Assembly: GCA_046304115.1 (NCBI GenBank)
Contig: JBKCEY010000429.1
Location: forward strand, 1 to 40,222
DNA from: Burkholderiales bacterium
GTDB lineage: Bacteria; Pseudomonadota; Gammaproteobacteria; Burkholderiales; Burkholderiaceae_E
Direction: 5' to 3'
DNA length: 40,222 nucleotides
Part shown: positions 39,407 to 40,222 of the stretch, piece after piece
Numbering within the stretch: position 1 is the stretch's first letter
Layout of the letters: every line of letters starts with the position of its first letter
Notes under the pieces: model-generated
The model's input: only the letters and a program-made list of their open reading frames with translations
What the model was told of the DNA's origin: nothing
The model's database searches: none
Position numbers and translations under genes: made by a program

Positions 39407-40222
39407 GTGCTGCGCACCTTCGCGCAGGTCGATGTTTTCACGGCGACCGCCTATCGGGGCAACCCGGTGGCGGTCGTTTTGCATGGGCAGGGCCTGTCCG
39501 ATGCCGCCATGCAGGCTTTCACCGACTGGACGAACCTGTCGGAGGCCACCTTTGTAGTGCCGGCCACCGACCCACGGGCCGATTATCGCCTGCGCATCTT
39601 TTGCCCCGGCCGAGAACTGCCGTTTGCCGGGCATCCCACCCTGGGCAGCGCTCATGCCTGGCTGGAAGCGGGCGGACAGCCCCGCGATCCGGGCTGCATC
39701 GTGCAGCAGTGTGCTGCCGGACTGATCGAGATTCGCCGGGGCATCGATCGCCTTGCATTTGCCGCGCCCGCACTGGCACGATCCGGACCGCTGCCCCCCG
39801 AACGGCTGGAGAGTCTGGTGCTCGGGCTTGGGCTGCAGCCCGATGACATTCTCGATCATGCATGGTGCGACAACGGCCCACCCTGGGAGGCGCTGCTGCT
39901 GCGCTCCCCGGCGATGTTACGGACCGTGCGACCGGATCCCGCAGGGTTGTCTGGCCGGTTTATTGGCCTGGCCGCGCTCTGCGAGCCCGCATCAGCAGCC
40001 CCCTCGGCCGCCGATGTTGTGGACAGTCCCGCCCTGGCCGTGCGCGCCTTCTTTCCGGGCGCTGACGGGCGTGTGACCGAAGATCCCGTAACGGGCAGCC
40101 TCAATGCAGGCCTGGCTCAATGGCTGATCGCCTCGGGCCGGCTGCCTGAGCGCTATGGTGCTGCGCAGGGCATGGCCCTGGGCCGCCAGGGCCGGGTGCT
40201 GCTCGAGCGTGATGCCCAGGGC
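39407..40222 (+). CDS. PhzF-family isomerase-like protein (3' end outside the window)
   Basis: My own translation from the GTG at 39407 is open to the window edge: VLRTFAQVDVFTATAYRGNPVAVVL...NLSEATFVV...YRLRIFCPGRELPFAGHPTLGSAHAW. This ORF is absent from the track, probably because it is unterminated. Confidence 0.82.
   Translation, partial: MLRTFAQVDVFTATAYRGNPVAVVLHGQGLSDAAMQAFTDWTNLSEATFVVPATDPRADYRLRIFCPGRELPFAGHPTLGSAHAWLEAGGQPRDPGCIVQQCAAGLIEIRRGIDRLAFAAPALARSGPLPPERLESLVLGLGLQPDDILDHAWCDNGPPWEALLLRSPAMLRTVRPDPAGLSGRFIGLAALCEPASAAPSAADVVDSPALAVRAFFPGADGRVTEDPVTGSLNAGLAQWLIASGRLPERYGAAQGMALGRQGRVLLERDAQG

Overview
High-GC (roughly two-thirds G+C by eye) chromosomal segment with betaproteobacterial (Burkholderiales-like) gene content and synteny. 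The core block at 8.4-26.6 kb is conserved housekeeping: mrcA (PBP1A), divergent pilMNOPQ, aroK-aroB, a dgt-like HD hydrolase, a single RAYT-type HUH transposase, then gltB-gltD. The left flank (0-8.4 kb) has lptM-like/cyaY, an FAD monooxygenase plus DUF2783 pair, and the most interesting part of the window, a compact sigma-54 regulatory island. That island holds a sensor-less histidine kinase with degenerate ATP-binding boxes, an NtrC-type activator, a full-length rpoN convergent to it, a sensor-less HisKA_3 kinase and a divergent NarL-type regulator. Three near-consensus -24/-12 promoters in this island sit in front of rpoN itself, the kinase and the regulator. The right flank (27-39 kb) is an orphan CoA-centred catabolic island: two acyl-CoA ligases, TetR, two family III CoA-transferases, a HAPMO-like Baeyer-Villiger monooxygenase, a short citrate-synthase-fold (citryl-CoA-lyase-like) protein, a TauD dioxygenase and an MFS transporter. 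It is followed by cspA and a partial phzF-family gene. Many intergenic spacers and several gene 3' ends carry short tandem duplications with units of 6-35 bp. I recognised no rRNA, tRNA or CRISPR array. Many long ORFs in the supplied track are antisense or N-terminally over-extended artefacts of the high GC content. All functional calls come from motif recognition by eye, with no database search.
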